Shown here: in pieces, positions 36,536 through 49,965 of the stretch
Layout: each line of letters begins with the position of its first letter
Position numbering within the stretch: position 1 is the first letter of the stretch
Origin: Haplodiscus bocki
Taxonomy: Eukaryota
Length of the DNA stretch: 64,000 bases
Assembly (NCBI GenBank): GCA_965655095.1
Contig: OZ296648.1
Coordinates: 147,126,001 to 147,190,000 of the forward strand
Direction: 5' to 3'
Translations under genes and position numbers: made by a program
The notes under the pieces: generated by a model
The model's database searches: none
Seen by the model: only the letters and a program-made list of their open reading frames with translations
What the model was told of the DNA's origin: nothing

Positions 36536-38181
36536 CCCCCCCGTCGAGAACACAATGATAATATTGATGGTTCATTATTGTTGTCATCCTTAACATGAAT
36601 GATGTATCAATTCTACATCGAAAATCGTAAAGATTGGTGACACTTTGATATTACCTCAATGTTTCATCTTTGTTTTCAATGATGTTCCACATTTAAAACA
36701 ACGATGTTCCGACGATTAAACATCAATGTGATTCATCAATGGAACATGATTGAATCATCAATGAAACAACGATAAATCGTGGACAAGGAAATAACTAAAT
36801 TTAGGACTTCTATGACTGAGGTTAAAATACTGAAACTACGATAGTTTCAAATATCATCTTTTCCGATCCAATTGACAAAAATTTTTGTTCAAAAAGTTAA
36901 TATGCAAGACAAAAAGCGATAGTTTCGGATAACTCGCCGAATGAGATATTTTCGCTTAGTCTAAGGCCTAAAAGTGAAACTTTTTTTGTAGAATGCCTAA
37001 ATTCTGTTTGAAAATTGTTTCAGATGTCTTCTAAAATTCATTTACTTGAATTTTAGCCAAAGGCAGAATTAGATGGCAAAAATGCGTAAATTCTTTGAAA
37101 GGAGAAACGTTAACCATTTTTCGACTATTTTGAGCGTAAGCAAGATCTCATTAAATTAAAGAATAGATTTGAAAATAGTGATGTATCTTGGTAACTTCTT
37201 GTTTCTTTTCCGAAAGTCTTTCTTTTTGGATGCAGTTGTTGCCTTTGGTTAATTTCAACTTTGAAGCTAAGAACTTTCCAGAAATTGCGAGTATAATGAC
37301 GGTGAAAACGGTCACCGGCATTTTCCCGTCTCACCAGATTTTTGCTGGTGTTTCACTGGTGAAAGAGCAAAAAAATGTAAGAATTTTTATTGATAGCAGC
37401 AATTACCACGCTATTTTTGTGGTAAAACGCTGTTACTATGGCGTTTTTTGGTATGAAAACCGTTATTTTTCCGTTGAGTAACCGCTTCTGTAGAGAAATG
37501 CTTTCATAATGGAAGAATTTCAGCCAATATCTCAAATCAGTTGGAAGCCCCTGGTTTTGAAAAAATAGGGCATTCGGAAAAATTAAAATAGAAAAAAGTT
37601 GACTCTTTCTCAGGTGGTAACACGATTACTTTTCAATCTCCACCTATTTTTTCCCTAATTCCACTCACTTTAAAACTCTTAAAGGTAGGCCGAATGCAAA
37701 ACTTCTGCTCAATTTGCGAAATAAAACTCAATGATACATGAATCATTAATGACATGACACATCGACGTTTTGGAATAACGGACTTTGTAATCATTAATGA
37801 TCTTCAATGTTTCCATCGAAATCATCAATGTTTCATTGAAGACTCATCTACGAATCATCAATGAAACATCGATGTTTCACAAAATAGCACATTAAAAACA
37901 TTAATGATCTTTAATGTTTGCATCAAAATCTTCACTGTCTCGTAAATGTTTCGTCAAAGAGTCATCAATGAATCATCAATGAAGCAGCAATGAAGCATCA
38001 ATGTTTCACAGATTATCACATTAATTAAAACCATTAATGATCATTAATGTTTGCATCGAAATCATCAATGTTTCATCAATGTTGCATCGATGTCGCATCG
38101 TTGTCTCTTAAATGAACAGGCCTGTTTTTTGATGACGACATCAATGAATCATCAAAGTTACCAATGTGTTCTCGACTGGGG
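36536..38181. mobile_element. Non-autonomous TIR DNA transposon (~1.65 kb) with CCC termini, TA TSD and catcaatg sub-terminal arrays (CACTA/EnSpm-like architecture)
   Basis: ta|ccccccc gtcgagaacacaatgataa...ttaccaatgtgttctcgactgggg|ta; ~55-bp TIRs; dense catcaatg/catcgatg repeats at 36600-36780 and 37730-38150; no coding capacity. Confidence 0.8.
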
Positions 38182-38784
38182 TACATTCCAAGAAAATAAA
38201 ATTGGGCAGCGGGAGGAGTAGTTCCCTGCAGTGGTATACTCCTTGACTACTTCCCCTAGTAAACGGAAAAACTACAATATTGTGTACATGATTGTCATTC
38301 CTAACAAGACTGAACAATTTTTGAAATAGTTTGCCACGAAATGCCAATTTCTTTTTAGGGTGTCCGCATCTGTCATTTTTCTTCGGGCAGCCACTGCTAC
38401 TTAATTAAATACTTGTCTGCATTTGTAAACTTGCGTTGTTTTCATCTGTAGAAAAACATCATGTCTGCATATGTCACATTTCCATCTCTGCGTCTGTATA
38501 GCTTCCATATTTGAGACTGCAGAAGCTCTCTGACGATGAAATTTTTGGTACAATCGGAGTCAGTTTATTATAAAAGCACAACACAATTTGTCACACTGAT
38601 TCAGTTGAGGTCTCAAACATTTTCGAAGGGTTTTCCTGGAAAAAAGCAAAGCGAGTCGTCGTTTTGGGGTTTCGATACCGAGTGAAAAAAAAAAACGAAA
38701 TGTATTTGATAAAACAGCATCAAGCGCAAAAGACGGTGCCTTGGTGCACAAAAAACTTGGCAACAGAGGAGTGCTAGTGATTTG

Positions 38785-39450
38785 GCGACCTGCTTTGGGT
38801 GCTATGATTTTTGTTAGTACTGTTCTAAGAACTACTTAAGAACTTCGTAAATTGCAGCAAATTAATTAGAACATTAAGTTACGTAATACGAGGATAATTA
38901 ATTTTCTGAATGAAAAAAATATTTCGAAACAAACAGTAAAATATTGTAAATCTCTAAGGTTACTTTTGCTGAGAGAAAAAAAATAGAAGGGCGATTTCAG
39001 TTACTTTAAAAGATGAGAAAAGTATTAGTTTTTCCTGGTATACGGAGGAGCTCCTTCTGTCTACTGCAAAACGAGTTGGTTTTAGAGATGAGAAAAAAAT
39101 GACTGTTGAGAAACGAAACGATTGTTAGAAAGATCTATGTGAACAATCGTAGCAGGCAGCGAGTGATGAATGATATTATTCACCACTCGTTTTGCACAAA
39201 CAACAAGCACGAAGCACAAATAGTTTCCCGAACTCTTTTGAACAAGACGAGCAAAAAACTGACTACTACTGGCCTGGACAAAATGGAGTGAAACAATTGA
39301 AAGATAAATTTACGGAGTTCGCGTCCTGGGAGGCGCAATAGCTAAAAAAAACAAGAATCCAAATTTTGTTGTTGAACCTTACAGATCTTCCATTTATGGT
39401 AAAAAAACGTCCCGGATTTCCATGTATGGTAGGTATGTTGTTTCCAGTGT
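38785..39450 (+). repeat. Diverged paralogue of the sequence flanking the 50669-58175 LTR element (empty site)
   Basis: cctgctttgggtgctatgattt (38789) matches 48248/50371. ctccttctgtctactgcaaaacgagttggttttagagatgagaaaaaaatga (39051) joins the left and right flanks of the insertion. Confidence 0.7.
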
Positions 39451-41399
39451 GGGGAAGTATCGAGGTCATTAAATGAACACCAGAAAATGGATCGTTGAGA
39501 TTTCTGATTTCGGACTGTTTGAAGGCCACAACAGTCAAAAAACCTTCTGCTCCTTGCCGTGGACAAATTTTTCTTGATTCCATTTAAAGTACTGCAGTAT
39601 AGAATTTAGTCCAGTAAAAACGAAGACTGAACGGTAATTCTTGAACTGTGTGCAGACCAGCTCCAAGTTCTAGGTCTGGTCCTCGGGAACACGAGAAACC
39701 TAAAGTATTTCGCATACACTCTACATTGGACAAAATAGTTTAATGACTGAGAGAGATAGAGGTAGAAAGCTTCAAAATTTTTGAACGTAGCGTTAAAATG
39801 GTTCAATACAACAACCCTTATGGCCTTGAAACTTTCTGGGCTCTTTGTTTTATCCGAGCAAAAGACGACAACTTTTTTCATTTTTTCATTTGCTGTTTGA
39901 GTCGTTTTCATCGCTTCAGCGATAAGAAGTGTATTTGGCAAAATTTTTTTTCTTCAAGTCTTTATTATAGCTGTAAAGTTGCATATTTCATGACATTCCA
40001 TGATATAATACAGCTGCTCCAGATGCAAGCATCAACGCTTGAATAGGTCGACCATGCTTAACAAGGCCTTTTTGTCCTCTTTCTTCGTCTTTCCTCGTTG
40101 GCAGTGGTGTTAAAGACTCGGCTATTCAATGGAATTCAAAATATTCATCTGCACTGATGTGATATTCTTTCATGAGATTTTTCGCTTGACACTCGACTGA
40201 TTTGGGTGAGCTTGCCATTTTTGCCAACTTATCGTTGTTGTTGAAGTCACAAAACATGGGTAAACAGAGAACTTGACGGTGGTTGATTGACATGGTCGTG
40301 GTACTTCTGGCCGGTGTTGGCGAAGTTTTGGTGCGCCTTCAGAAGAATTTGGCGCAAACGGAAGGCTACAGCTAGGTCAAATGCTGCTTGTTGCGGAGAA
40401 GTTGGGAAAAGTCTGACTTTACAGCCACTTTCAGTTTTGATGCCTTCATAAGCATATGTAAGCTTTGCGCTTCTTTGAAAAAGTAGATCTTTCCTCTGAG
40501 AGCCTAAAAATGTTTAGATAGTAGAATCTGAACTAACCGCAGAAACGGAGACAGCAGGAAATTAATGGAAACAACCCGGGAACACATTTCACAAAGACTG
40601 AAATTATACAAAGAAATGACGAGAGTTCGAAAAAATGGAGACAAGTGAGGCAGAGGAAAGATGAGGACAAAATAATAAATACCGTTTTTCTTCATCATGC
40701 TTTGATTTGTTACTTTGCTTCCCTTAAGTTGAAGAATTTTCTCTGGTTTCAAATTAATAGGCAACTGTTTTCCTAATATATGGTGTGGTTTTGCATAACG
40801 TTGAAGCAATTGTGTTGAAAGTCACTGGCCTGGACATTGAGGTTGACTATCGGTTTTAGCAGACGCTTGAGAGGTGGCTGTAAGGTCTAAGTTTTCCGCA
40901 GCATTAGAAAGAAGGTTCTCGACAAAAATGGCGGAGAAAGGTGAGTCCGGTGGTGGTGGGTTTTTCCTGGAATACCTTGGAAGGTCAATTATGTCGTTGG
41001 GAACAGTTGGCGGTTGTGTACATGGTATACACTCAAACAAACCTCGAATTGATTTGGAGTGATTTTGCTGTGAGGCAGAAGATGCTCGTTTCGAAACTGC
41101 AGCAAAAAATCTTTAAGTCGGAGTTAGAGAGAAGAAAGCTGGGAAAAATGGTGCTGGAAGGCAAATTCGAGGCCAACGGATTGTTGAAAACAGATTACTT
41201 GTAGGTGCTGCGATCTGATGACACAATGTTTGGGATAAGTTTTGGTACTTGTGAGGATTAGCTTGTAGTTTTGACGTGGCTTTGCTTGTCGCTTCGTTGG
41301 CAGGACCTAGTTCAAACGGTGGGATCTGAAATTTTTCTGGGCTGCTAATTTTTGGACTTAAACGGTCATATTCACCGATGGTACAAATTGGGTCCGCTG

Positions 41400-44300
41400 T
41401 GTTTTTGATTCCTTAGGTATGGTCATTTAGATTTTCTACAACTGTGTGAGGACAGTTCCACGAAGATAGAATTTCGGGACACGAGTTTTTGGGACGACGC
41501 AACTGTGTAACCAGTTACTGTCAGCTGGATTGTATCAGGAGTCAAGAGCTTCTAAAAAAGTTAAAGAATGCTCATCAGTTGAGCAGCTTGCAGGTGAAAA
41601 CGTGCTGCCTAGTTAGCTCACTGCAAGTGTGCACATTTTTGTTGGAGATTGATGCACGTCAGTCTTGTTCGCTTGTTTTGGTGATTTGTTCTGAATATAA
41701 CTAAAAAGTTCAATGTCTTCAGCAAAAAGAATCTGGGTGTGTAGATTGCCGAATTTTGGACAGAAGTGCAAATTGCCACCCTGACGTACGGGATTTGCTA
41801 ATTCCAGTTGCCTTTGAAGTCATCAACGGTTTTTTTGCAATAAAACAACATGTTCATTAAATTTTATATCAATTTCTTCCTCACGGCGCTGGACTCTGGC
41901 TGTAAGGAAGTAGTTTGCTTTTCTTCAATCGACAGGGACTGCATGAGATATTAAAAGAGTTTTAACTCAAACTGTTGACCTTGATCTATTAGATTGCTCA
42001 CTGGAACACCGAAGAAGCTAATCCAGTCTTGGGTTGATTTATTCCTTTTAGCTGAGCGATTTGGCCATGGGACTGCTTTATACCCTTTGGTAGAGTATTC
42101 GCCAAAAGATGCCGTTTATGAGTTGACACTCGTGACAAGATTTTGTTGACCAAAATTATGTTGGTGTGGGTAACAGTGAAACTGGCAGGCCAAGTATCAA
42201 AGCTGTGTCTTTGTTTCCGCTCGCGCTCGTTATGCTGAAGACAAAAAAAAACAAATTGAGACAAAAACTTTGACATGTTTCTTATATAATGGACAACATG
42301 ACTTTTTCGCAAACATTTGGAGTTTTCGAAACTTCTAGATGCATAGCCGTTGATGAGTTCTGAAGTTACAGAAAGGTTTTGATTTTCAACGTTGTTGGAA
42401 CGAGATGTTACAAGTGACCGTGGCCTGTGCTCGAATTTGCTGAAGTTTCGCAGAGAAAGTTAATCACAACCTTGAAGGATTCAAAGTGGTTCTAGAGAAA
42501 CCAAGTGCCTCCTGAAATGTCTTGCAGTACGAAACGCTGAAATGGTGCGGTGGTTTCTCTTTTTTGATACAAGTCAGCATGTTACTAAGTTTCGGGTCGC
42601 GTTGTCGTGTCTGTTGCATCTCGGGTATTGCTCATGTTTCCCTCAGTATTCCACCGGTACTGGCATTTTGCCAATGCGAGTGCGTATATTTCGTAGGTGT
42701 TGTAGGCAAATTCTCTAACGCTTTCTTGATCATGTCTTCGAATTCCAGCCGGTATAACTTTTCGATTCCTCCGGTCGACAGTCGCAATACACTTATCTTC
42801 ACATTTTTCTGTTTCTGTGCGTGTTTCAACATGGTTCCCAATGCTGTAACGTAGGGAACTTTTAGTGGGTTCGTGTCGATTGGATCTGTACGGAGATGAA
42901 GCATATAGAAACCCTCTTTTCAGAAGCTTACAAGTCACACTCCCGGTAAAGTGGCTGGGAAATCTATTAAAGAAAATCTCCGAAGTGGTTTGTTGATGAC
43001 TTTTATTAACTCGAATCCTGACAAAAAGTTGGGAGCTAAAGCATCTCTGAAATCAATCAGATTTCCACAAGATTCTCCAAATTCATTTCTTTTGAGCTAT
43101 CTGGCTGGTAGCTTGGATGCATTAAACGATTCTTTTTACTTCCTGCGTATTCACATTTTCGGTAAGTGAGCTGCCGTTGCTGTAACTGGTCTGCAGTTCT
43201 AACTTCGTCCTATTGTGCTACTTCGTGATGTGACTGGACCCGTCCACTTGGCTGAACAACTACTTTTAATCTATTTTGTTAAACTTGCTTCCTTATTATT
43301 TTGCCTTGGGTGCGTTGCTAGGACAATCCTCGTAGGCTCATTGAACTGGTCCAGGGTAGCGTCTCAACTGGGAATCTTGGACATCGATTCAGGGTTTTTC
43401 AGATGCGATGGACATTTTCCTATGCCAAAATTGCTTGTTTTTGTAGCCAACTTGCTGCTAGAGCATCGGGATTTCTCAAACTATGGAACCATCCAAAGGA
43501 TTTGAGTTCAGTAATAAATTGGATTTTTCTTCCCAACAAGAACGCATGAAATGTCCTTTGAAATTCACGATAGCCAAAAATTCAACAATCATCGTAGATT
43601 TTGGCTCCGCATTTTCTTGATGGATTCAGGTTCTCACCAAATAACGCGTTTGAGCCATTTTAATGTCTACCTGCAACTACAAGCTTTGCATTCTGGCTTC
43701 CATCAATATGGATTTTTAAAGGCTCTCTCATGTTAGGGAAAACCTATAATTGGGACTGAGTTTAGTCTTGCCTTCGCAGGCTCAAATGCTCGATTAGCGT
43801 AGGGTTTTTGAAAGAAGTCATTTGTTTTCTCTATCAGTTGATGCACGTGACGGAATGTTTCTGCAAATTTTTCATACATTAATGTACTATCAATAGGGGC
43901 CAAAAAAAACATTTGACTTCGGTAGCCCTCTTCAGGGCTAATAACATGGCCCGGAAAGTGTACTTTCTGCCAAAAAACTTCGTCTTTGGTTGCATTGTTC
44001 CACAATTGGTGTCCTTGACCCTCTGAAAAATGTGACGAAGTTTGTCTCGGTATTCGTCGTTTGTGAGTTGTGGGAGAAGATGACAAAATGATCCTTACAA
44101 TAAATTGTCAATTGCCACATCAAGCCTACGAGTACCCTTCCATGAGATTCAAAAAAGTGTATGCTTAGCCTTTCAAATGTTCCAAATTCCGTACTGAACA
44201 CTGTATAGTCCTGACTTATATCTTCCATTAAAAGTTGATAGAATCCCAAATATAAATCCTTGGTGGAAAAAATACAACTACCTTTCAAACTGTGGGGGGT

Positions 44301-46420
44301 TCAGGCGATGGATGGTAGCAGCCACGAGAAATTAAAATGACAAGCCTCAGTTTACCAGTTCCCTTTGGGAAAAACCTATCCGGTGCAGTGTCAGATTTAT
44401 GGCAAAGGTTGACAAAGCCATCTCAAGGAGGTTGTCGAACTTTTTTCGATACTCTCAATTGAAAAGAATTAGCATCTGGCGATTTCGAAGTTTGATCGGA
44501 ATAAAATGTGGGTAAACTTGAAACCTGCGTTGCAATAGATCGCGATTTTTATATCCCTTTCATTTCTAGAGAAAACAACCGAAAATTCAAGGAGCAGCTG
44601 CGCAATTTTCACACGTAAATTTCATTCAGTACTGGTTCTGCCAGTCGGTGGACCGTTTTGAGGTCATACTTTGTGACTGCGATGTGCTTCTATTCCGGTT
44701 GACTGGCTTTATTGTTCTGGGGAAATGAATTGTCCAATCTTTTCCAGGAGTAAGTACACCGGCTAGGTTGAAATCCTCTTGGAGTTCAAAAACAGAGTTT
44801 AAAATCAAAACATCAAGTTCGTCGCAGAAAGATTGCGAATGTTCAAAGCTGCCTTCTTTGGTCAAGACTGTGTGGCCAACAGAAAAAAGTGTACCTGCAT
44901 CAACCGCGTCATGACCGGAATGTTTGAAAAAAGTCTCTCGCAAATAATGGCATGACAGTGTAGTGCCAGGCCAAAACCGGCACACTTCATTGGAAATGTT
45001 TCATTGAAGTCTCGCGTTTCAAGCCTCATTCCATTTTAAAAAACATAGGATTACACTTGTGTATATCAAAGTAGCCGACACCAAACAAACATTCAGCTTC
45101 GGAGGCTTCAAAAAAAGGAAAAATGTTTGAGAATGTTAAAGACGCTGCATTAGTATCAAATGCCACTCCGCCTTTTGCGCGGATCTTGGCTTGGTTGGCG
45201 ACTGGAAGCGGTTTAAAACATGGTGTCGGAAATGACTGTATGTCTTGAGGAACACGATCAAACACTTTGAAGCCCGAAGAAGAATTACCTCCTAATGTGT
45301 CGCAATTGACGTCAAAGGTAAATTCCCAGATGAAAACCCGTATGAGAACACTTTCGATATCCACCACCAAGATCAAACAACCTGTGGAAGCTTTTTTGTT
45401 TCCCTGCTCAGCTGAATCGTTGTTACGCAGGTGCTTTTATTTTTGAAACTTGGCGACGGGCCCAAACATTGTTTATAAATTGGCAACTTGTGCCAAATTT
45501 GAAAAGCTATGCAACCGTATTTTGAATGATTGCTTCAGCCACATTGTTTGCAATATCTTCTTCATTGCTACGCTGAACACTGGTAGTTTTGTATCGTTTA
45601 CTAGTAACCGCGGCGTCTAATGTTTCTATAAAGCAAATAATCTGCCGGTTTGGGTGTCGCAGGGCGTGTCCCGCTCCTTTGTTTGGTTACATATTCCGAA
45701 CTTTTCATAGTTTTTGCTTCTTATAGGTTCCGGCGGAAAAAACTGGAACTAGATAGTGTTTCGGCTGTCGAAATGATCTCGGTGACTGTTTCAGGAACCA
45801 TTCCTGTCACTTCGTGATGGCACTACTCTGACATTTTGGCTTTGTGAGTGAATAGTGCAGAAGTTTTCAGTATTCGAATCAAGAGCAGTGTCAGCAGTGA
45901 CGTTGGTAACAGCGGGACTTTGAATTTTCAAATAGTCAACGTCGAGAAAAAAGAGGGTTTCCGAGGCTGTTCTAAATGCAGCATCAGAATCCAAGGCCAT
46001 GTCTATGCCAGCCTCCCACCGAGCCTTGGCGTTGGACAACCAGCAATGAGAGTTGTCCAAAAAACTTCACTGCGGACAACCTCGATAGAATGACCATTGC
46101 AAGCTAAATCTTGTTACACGTGAGCAAAAGTGGAATTGGCTGGTCCTGATTTTTGACTGAAAGCCTGGATCTTCTCCTTCGGAACCTCTTGTATTGGAGC
46201 ACATTCAGTTCGTGAAGCTGTGAGAAATTAGGTTCCTAAGGATCTGCTGCGTTTCACTAAGAGAGAAGCAAGAACTCAAAGCGTTGCCATTGAGGCGTAG
46301 AAAGAAGAATTGAAGACTCAAGTCACTAAGCGGGTGGTTTGCCCAAGCAGAGAGGGAGGCTCTTGGAATAAATTGAGTACCAACATTTTCGACATCAGTT
46401 GCACCATCGAAAAAGCCGGG
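41400..46420 (-). mobile_element. Degenerate Ty3/Gypsy retrotransposon (gag, RT, RNase H, integrase)
   Basis: gag-like LQFFFLRLNGNALS (46205-46423); RT GSCIFSTKDLYLGFYQLLME..QDYTVFSTEFGTF and KVHFPGHVISPEG (43900-44290); RNase H IIGFP..IHIDGSQ (~43700-43750); integrase-region remnants ~42000-42900. Gypsy domain order. Confidence 0.8.
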
Positions 46421-47865
46421 CAAGAATCACAATATTTAGACTGTGGCACCAATTGTTGTTTTTGATGACTGTGGAGACGGCATGGGTGGGGCTTGATCGT
46501 CAGAATCCACGGAAACCAGAAAAAATTTATTTAGAGAGGAAAAGGACAAATGAACATAAAATTGAAGATTTCGTTCGGTCGTTGAGCTGGATGTAAACAA
46601 CCATTTTGAGTGATACGATGCTGTTCTCTCAAACACCAGTAAAAGTAGTTCCAATTTGAAACATGTGGCGGCATGGAAATCTAATCAACTTTTAAAAGCT
46701 TTTGAGTTGCAAAGCCCAGTCGAAAATAGGAAGCATGAGAAAGACAGCGTATCACAGTCACAAGTAGAGAGCATATGTTCAGGGATGATCTGAAGCAAAG
46801 GCCAGTGGATTAACAATTGTACCAACCATAAAGCAAACAGGCTATAGAATAAAAAACAAGGAAGTGTAGTGAGCAAAAGAGCATTAGAGAAACAACGAAC
46901 AATTGATACCCGAACAAAAAAAAAGAATTACCTTCCTTTCGAAGGAACTGAGGCTAACCAATGTGCGGGAAAGAGTGTCTGGATCAGATGGAAGGTTTTT
47001 GTGCACCTGGGGGAAGGAAAGCTTAAACCTGATATGTTGGATCTCTGGTATTGGTATCCCGCTGAGACAATGCGAATGCACGAAATGACTGCGGAATAGG
47101 AAAACGTGGTGTCCTAAACAAACTTTCGAGGCAAAGCAGATGGCCTTGTGGTAGTGGCAAATGGTTCAGCTGTTAAAATGCCTGGGTGGTTGTGTTCCTT
47201 TTGTTCCAAATGCAGCAGCTGAAAGCATCCGAGTAGATACGAAGTGGGGGTCACGGACCAGAGACTTATTGATTTCTGTTAGTTAGGATTAAGTTGTAAA
47301 GCGCGGAAGACGTGACTGGTAGTGATGATTGAGGAGGACACTGTGAAAATTTTTAAAGGAAATAGGGACAAGTCTAACGTACACAAAAAAAACAAAAAAA
47401 TCGATTTTTCGCTCCTGTACATCAAACTGACGAAAAGCAGCGAAAAGTAAAGACAAAAGGGCTTGAACACGAGTGACAAGTATGACAAACGGACCTAAAA
47501 ACTGTTTGTCAAGCTTTTGTTTCAGTATCAGGGAAGCGGCGACAAGATAGGTGGTAGCAGACGAAGCAAGTTTGACGTAACAAACAATGGCGGCAAATCA
47601 ACGTGGCCGAAACAACGCCACAAGAATGGGGGCGTCGTGAAAAGCAAAAAATCTTAAGGGTTGTGCGACGCACTGGCACTAACCTTACACGAAATAATAT
47701 CAGTTTTCCACACGCGAGTGACTACTAGCTTAGTCTAGTTGGTCACCCCCAGGGAAAAGATTCACTGGACTAAAGTGCTAGATCAAAAGAAGTCTGTCAC
47801 TCAACAGTTCAGGTGTGGGACACTCAAAATTGGACTCAGTGAAGTTTCAAGCCGTGACCAACAGG

Positions 47866-49965
47866 TTGAACGAAGTGCGTTGTCGGGGGAAACATGCTCT
47901 CAGCGGAAAGAAAAGAACAAATTGAACGCAAAGAATGGCGTGGTTTAAGGAAGAAGCAGGTTGAAGCGCAAAAAAGAAAACGCAAAAGTTTTTGGATAAG
48001 CAATCTTTGAAGAAGAAACAGTTTAGTAGACAAACATTCAGCAAAACACTGCAGAAAATGAGAGTTAGAAAAACAATTGGGAAGAAACAATTTTTCAGCG
48101 CTGATGTTGTTTTAGAATACAATAAGAAAAGCAAAAGAAGGGACAAGCCAGGTAAATGTGCAATATGCAAAGAGATTAGTTTAAAGTTGCCTGGGGGTGA
48201 CATCTAAAGAAATAAAAAAAACGCCTCTCATCATTTTATATAGTAACCCTGCTTTGGGTGCTACGATTTCCATAAATACTTTTCTAGGAATTAAGGGGAA
48301 AACCTCGTAAATTGCCACAAATAAAGTGGGCCGTTAAGGTGGGTATTATTTGGACAATTCTTTTTGTACATGAAGTAAACTAAATTACAACAAACAATAA
48401 TAGTTCTGAAATACAAATATATTTTTTGTTGAGAGAAAAGAGAAGGAGAGGGGAGCTTTCAGTTTTTTCAAAAAGATCAGAGAAAGTATTTTTTTGTTAT
48501 GCGGTTTGCCTCTCCTGCTGTCTTTTGCAAAACAGATGGTCATTGTGTCGCGTTCTAGCTAACGTTTAAAGAGAAATATTATATTTCTTAAATACGTGCA
48601 GTAAGCCATTAAACAGGAAATGACTAATGTTTAACAAGAGAATTGCGTGTGTTACTGACAAACATGGGAGCTGAACTGGTGAAGAATAATGCGGTATGAA
48701 GGAAGGCTGAAGGAATGGAATTGCACAAGAAAAAGAAGAAAACAAAAATTCTAAAAGCGTTGGAACGCAGTTCAACACTATTGGCTCAACGACTGGTCAC
48801 GAAGTATAACTCCATTTTGGCTCAACGATGCTTTTGGCTCAACGACCTGTCACGAAGTATAACTCGGTTTTGCAGCTAGTACGGGAAATGCGGCCACTAC
48901 TTACTTACTCGCTCACCGGACGGCAGCCTTACTTCTTTCCCTTTTACCTTACCTTACTCTCTTCTTTCCTTTTACATTACTCCCTTTCCCTTTTACCTTA
49001 CCTTCTCTTCCTTCTTGCTGGTTAAAATTAATCTGATTTCTCTTCCCTCTTTCCACGGGTGAAAATATTCTAAGACCATTCCAAATTGTGTCTTAGCCAA
49101 ATTCCAATCGCATCTCATCGAAAATATTCTAACATAATTCCATATCGTGTCTTAGCCAAATTCCTATCGCATCTCGTCGAAAATATTCCAAGACAGTTCT
49201 AAATTGTATCTTAGCCGAATTTCTTCTCCTTTGCTTATTTACTCTATACTCTTTTCATCGAAGTATAAACGGTGTGCACTAACGCTAGCTTCGGTATTAG
49301 CGTGCGCCGATTCCGTGGATGAACTTCGGTTCTGAAACAAGAGTGGATCTTAATTTGCACAACTCTTGCCATCGGTGTATAAACGGTGTCCACAAACACC
49401 AAAGACTTTTTCGCCTGCAGATTTTGTCTTATCCGCAAATCATCAATTTTGTGGAACTATTCAAAGTTTATCGCGTGCAAAATTGTCCTAGCCGCAAATC
49501 AACAATATCCTGGAAATATCCAAAGACTTTTTCGCCTGCAGAATTGTCTTAGCCGCAAATCAACAAAATCCTGGAAATATTCAAAGACTTTTTCGCTTGC
49601 AGAGTTGTGTTAGCCGCAAATCAACAAAATCCTGGAAATATTCAAAGACTTTCTCGCCTGCAGAATTGTCTTAGCCACAAATCAGCAATATCCTGGAAAT
49701 ATCCAAAGAGTGTTTCGCCTGCAGATTTGTCTTAGCCGCAAATCAGCAATATCGTGGAAATATTCAAAGAGTTTTCCGCCTGCAGAATTGTCCTAGCCGC
49801 AAATCAACAATATCGTGGAAATATTCAAAAAGTTTTTCGCCTGCAGAATTGTCTTAGCCGCTAATCAACAAAATCCTGGAAATAATCAAAGACTTTTTCG
49901 CCTGCAGAATTGTCTTAGCCGCAAATCATCAATACCTTGGAAAAATTCGAAGACTTTTTCGCCTG
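47866..49965 (+). repeat. First copy of a near-identical ~2.1-kb tandem duplication (second copy starts 49988); includes flank plus a truncated LTR starting at 48546
   Basis: Identical ORF translations offset by 2122-2123 bp (47992/50114, 48566/50689, 48828/50951, 49319/51442). Confidence 0.95.

Noticed and set aside
38560-38763. Adenain-like Polinton cysteine protease (FFSLG...QC..CC)
   Set aside because: The resemblance needs several frameshifts and lacks a clear catalytic His-Trp motif; not supportable by eye.
48828-49025. Small hydrophobic 'membrane' ORF in three copies (also 50951, 56348)
   Set aside because: Lies in a pyrimidine-rich LTR tract; its recurrence is explained by LTR duplication.
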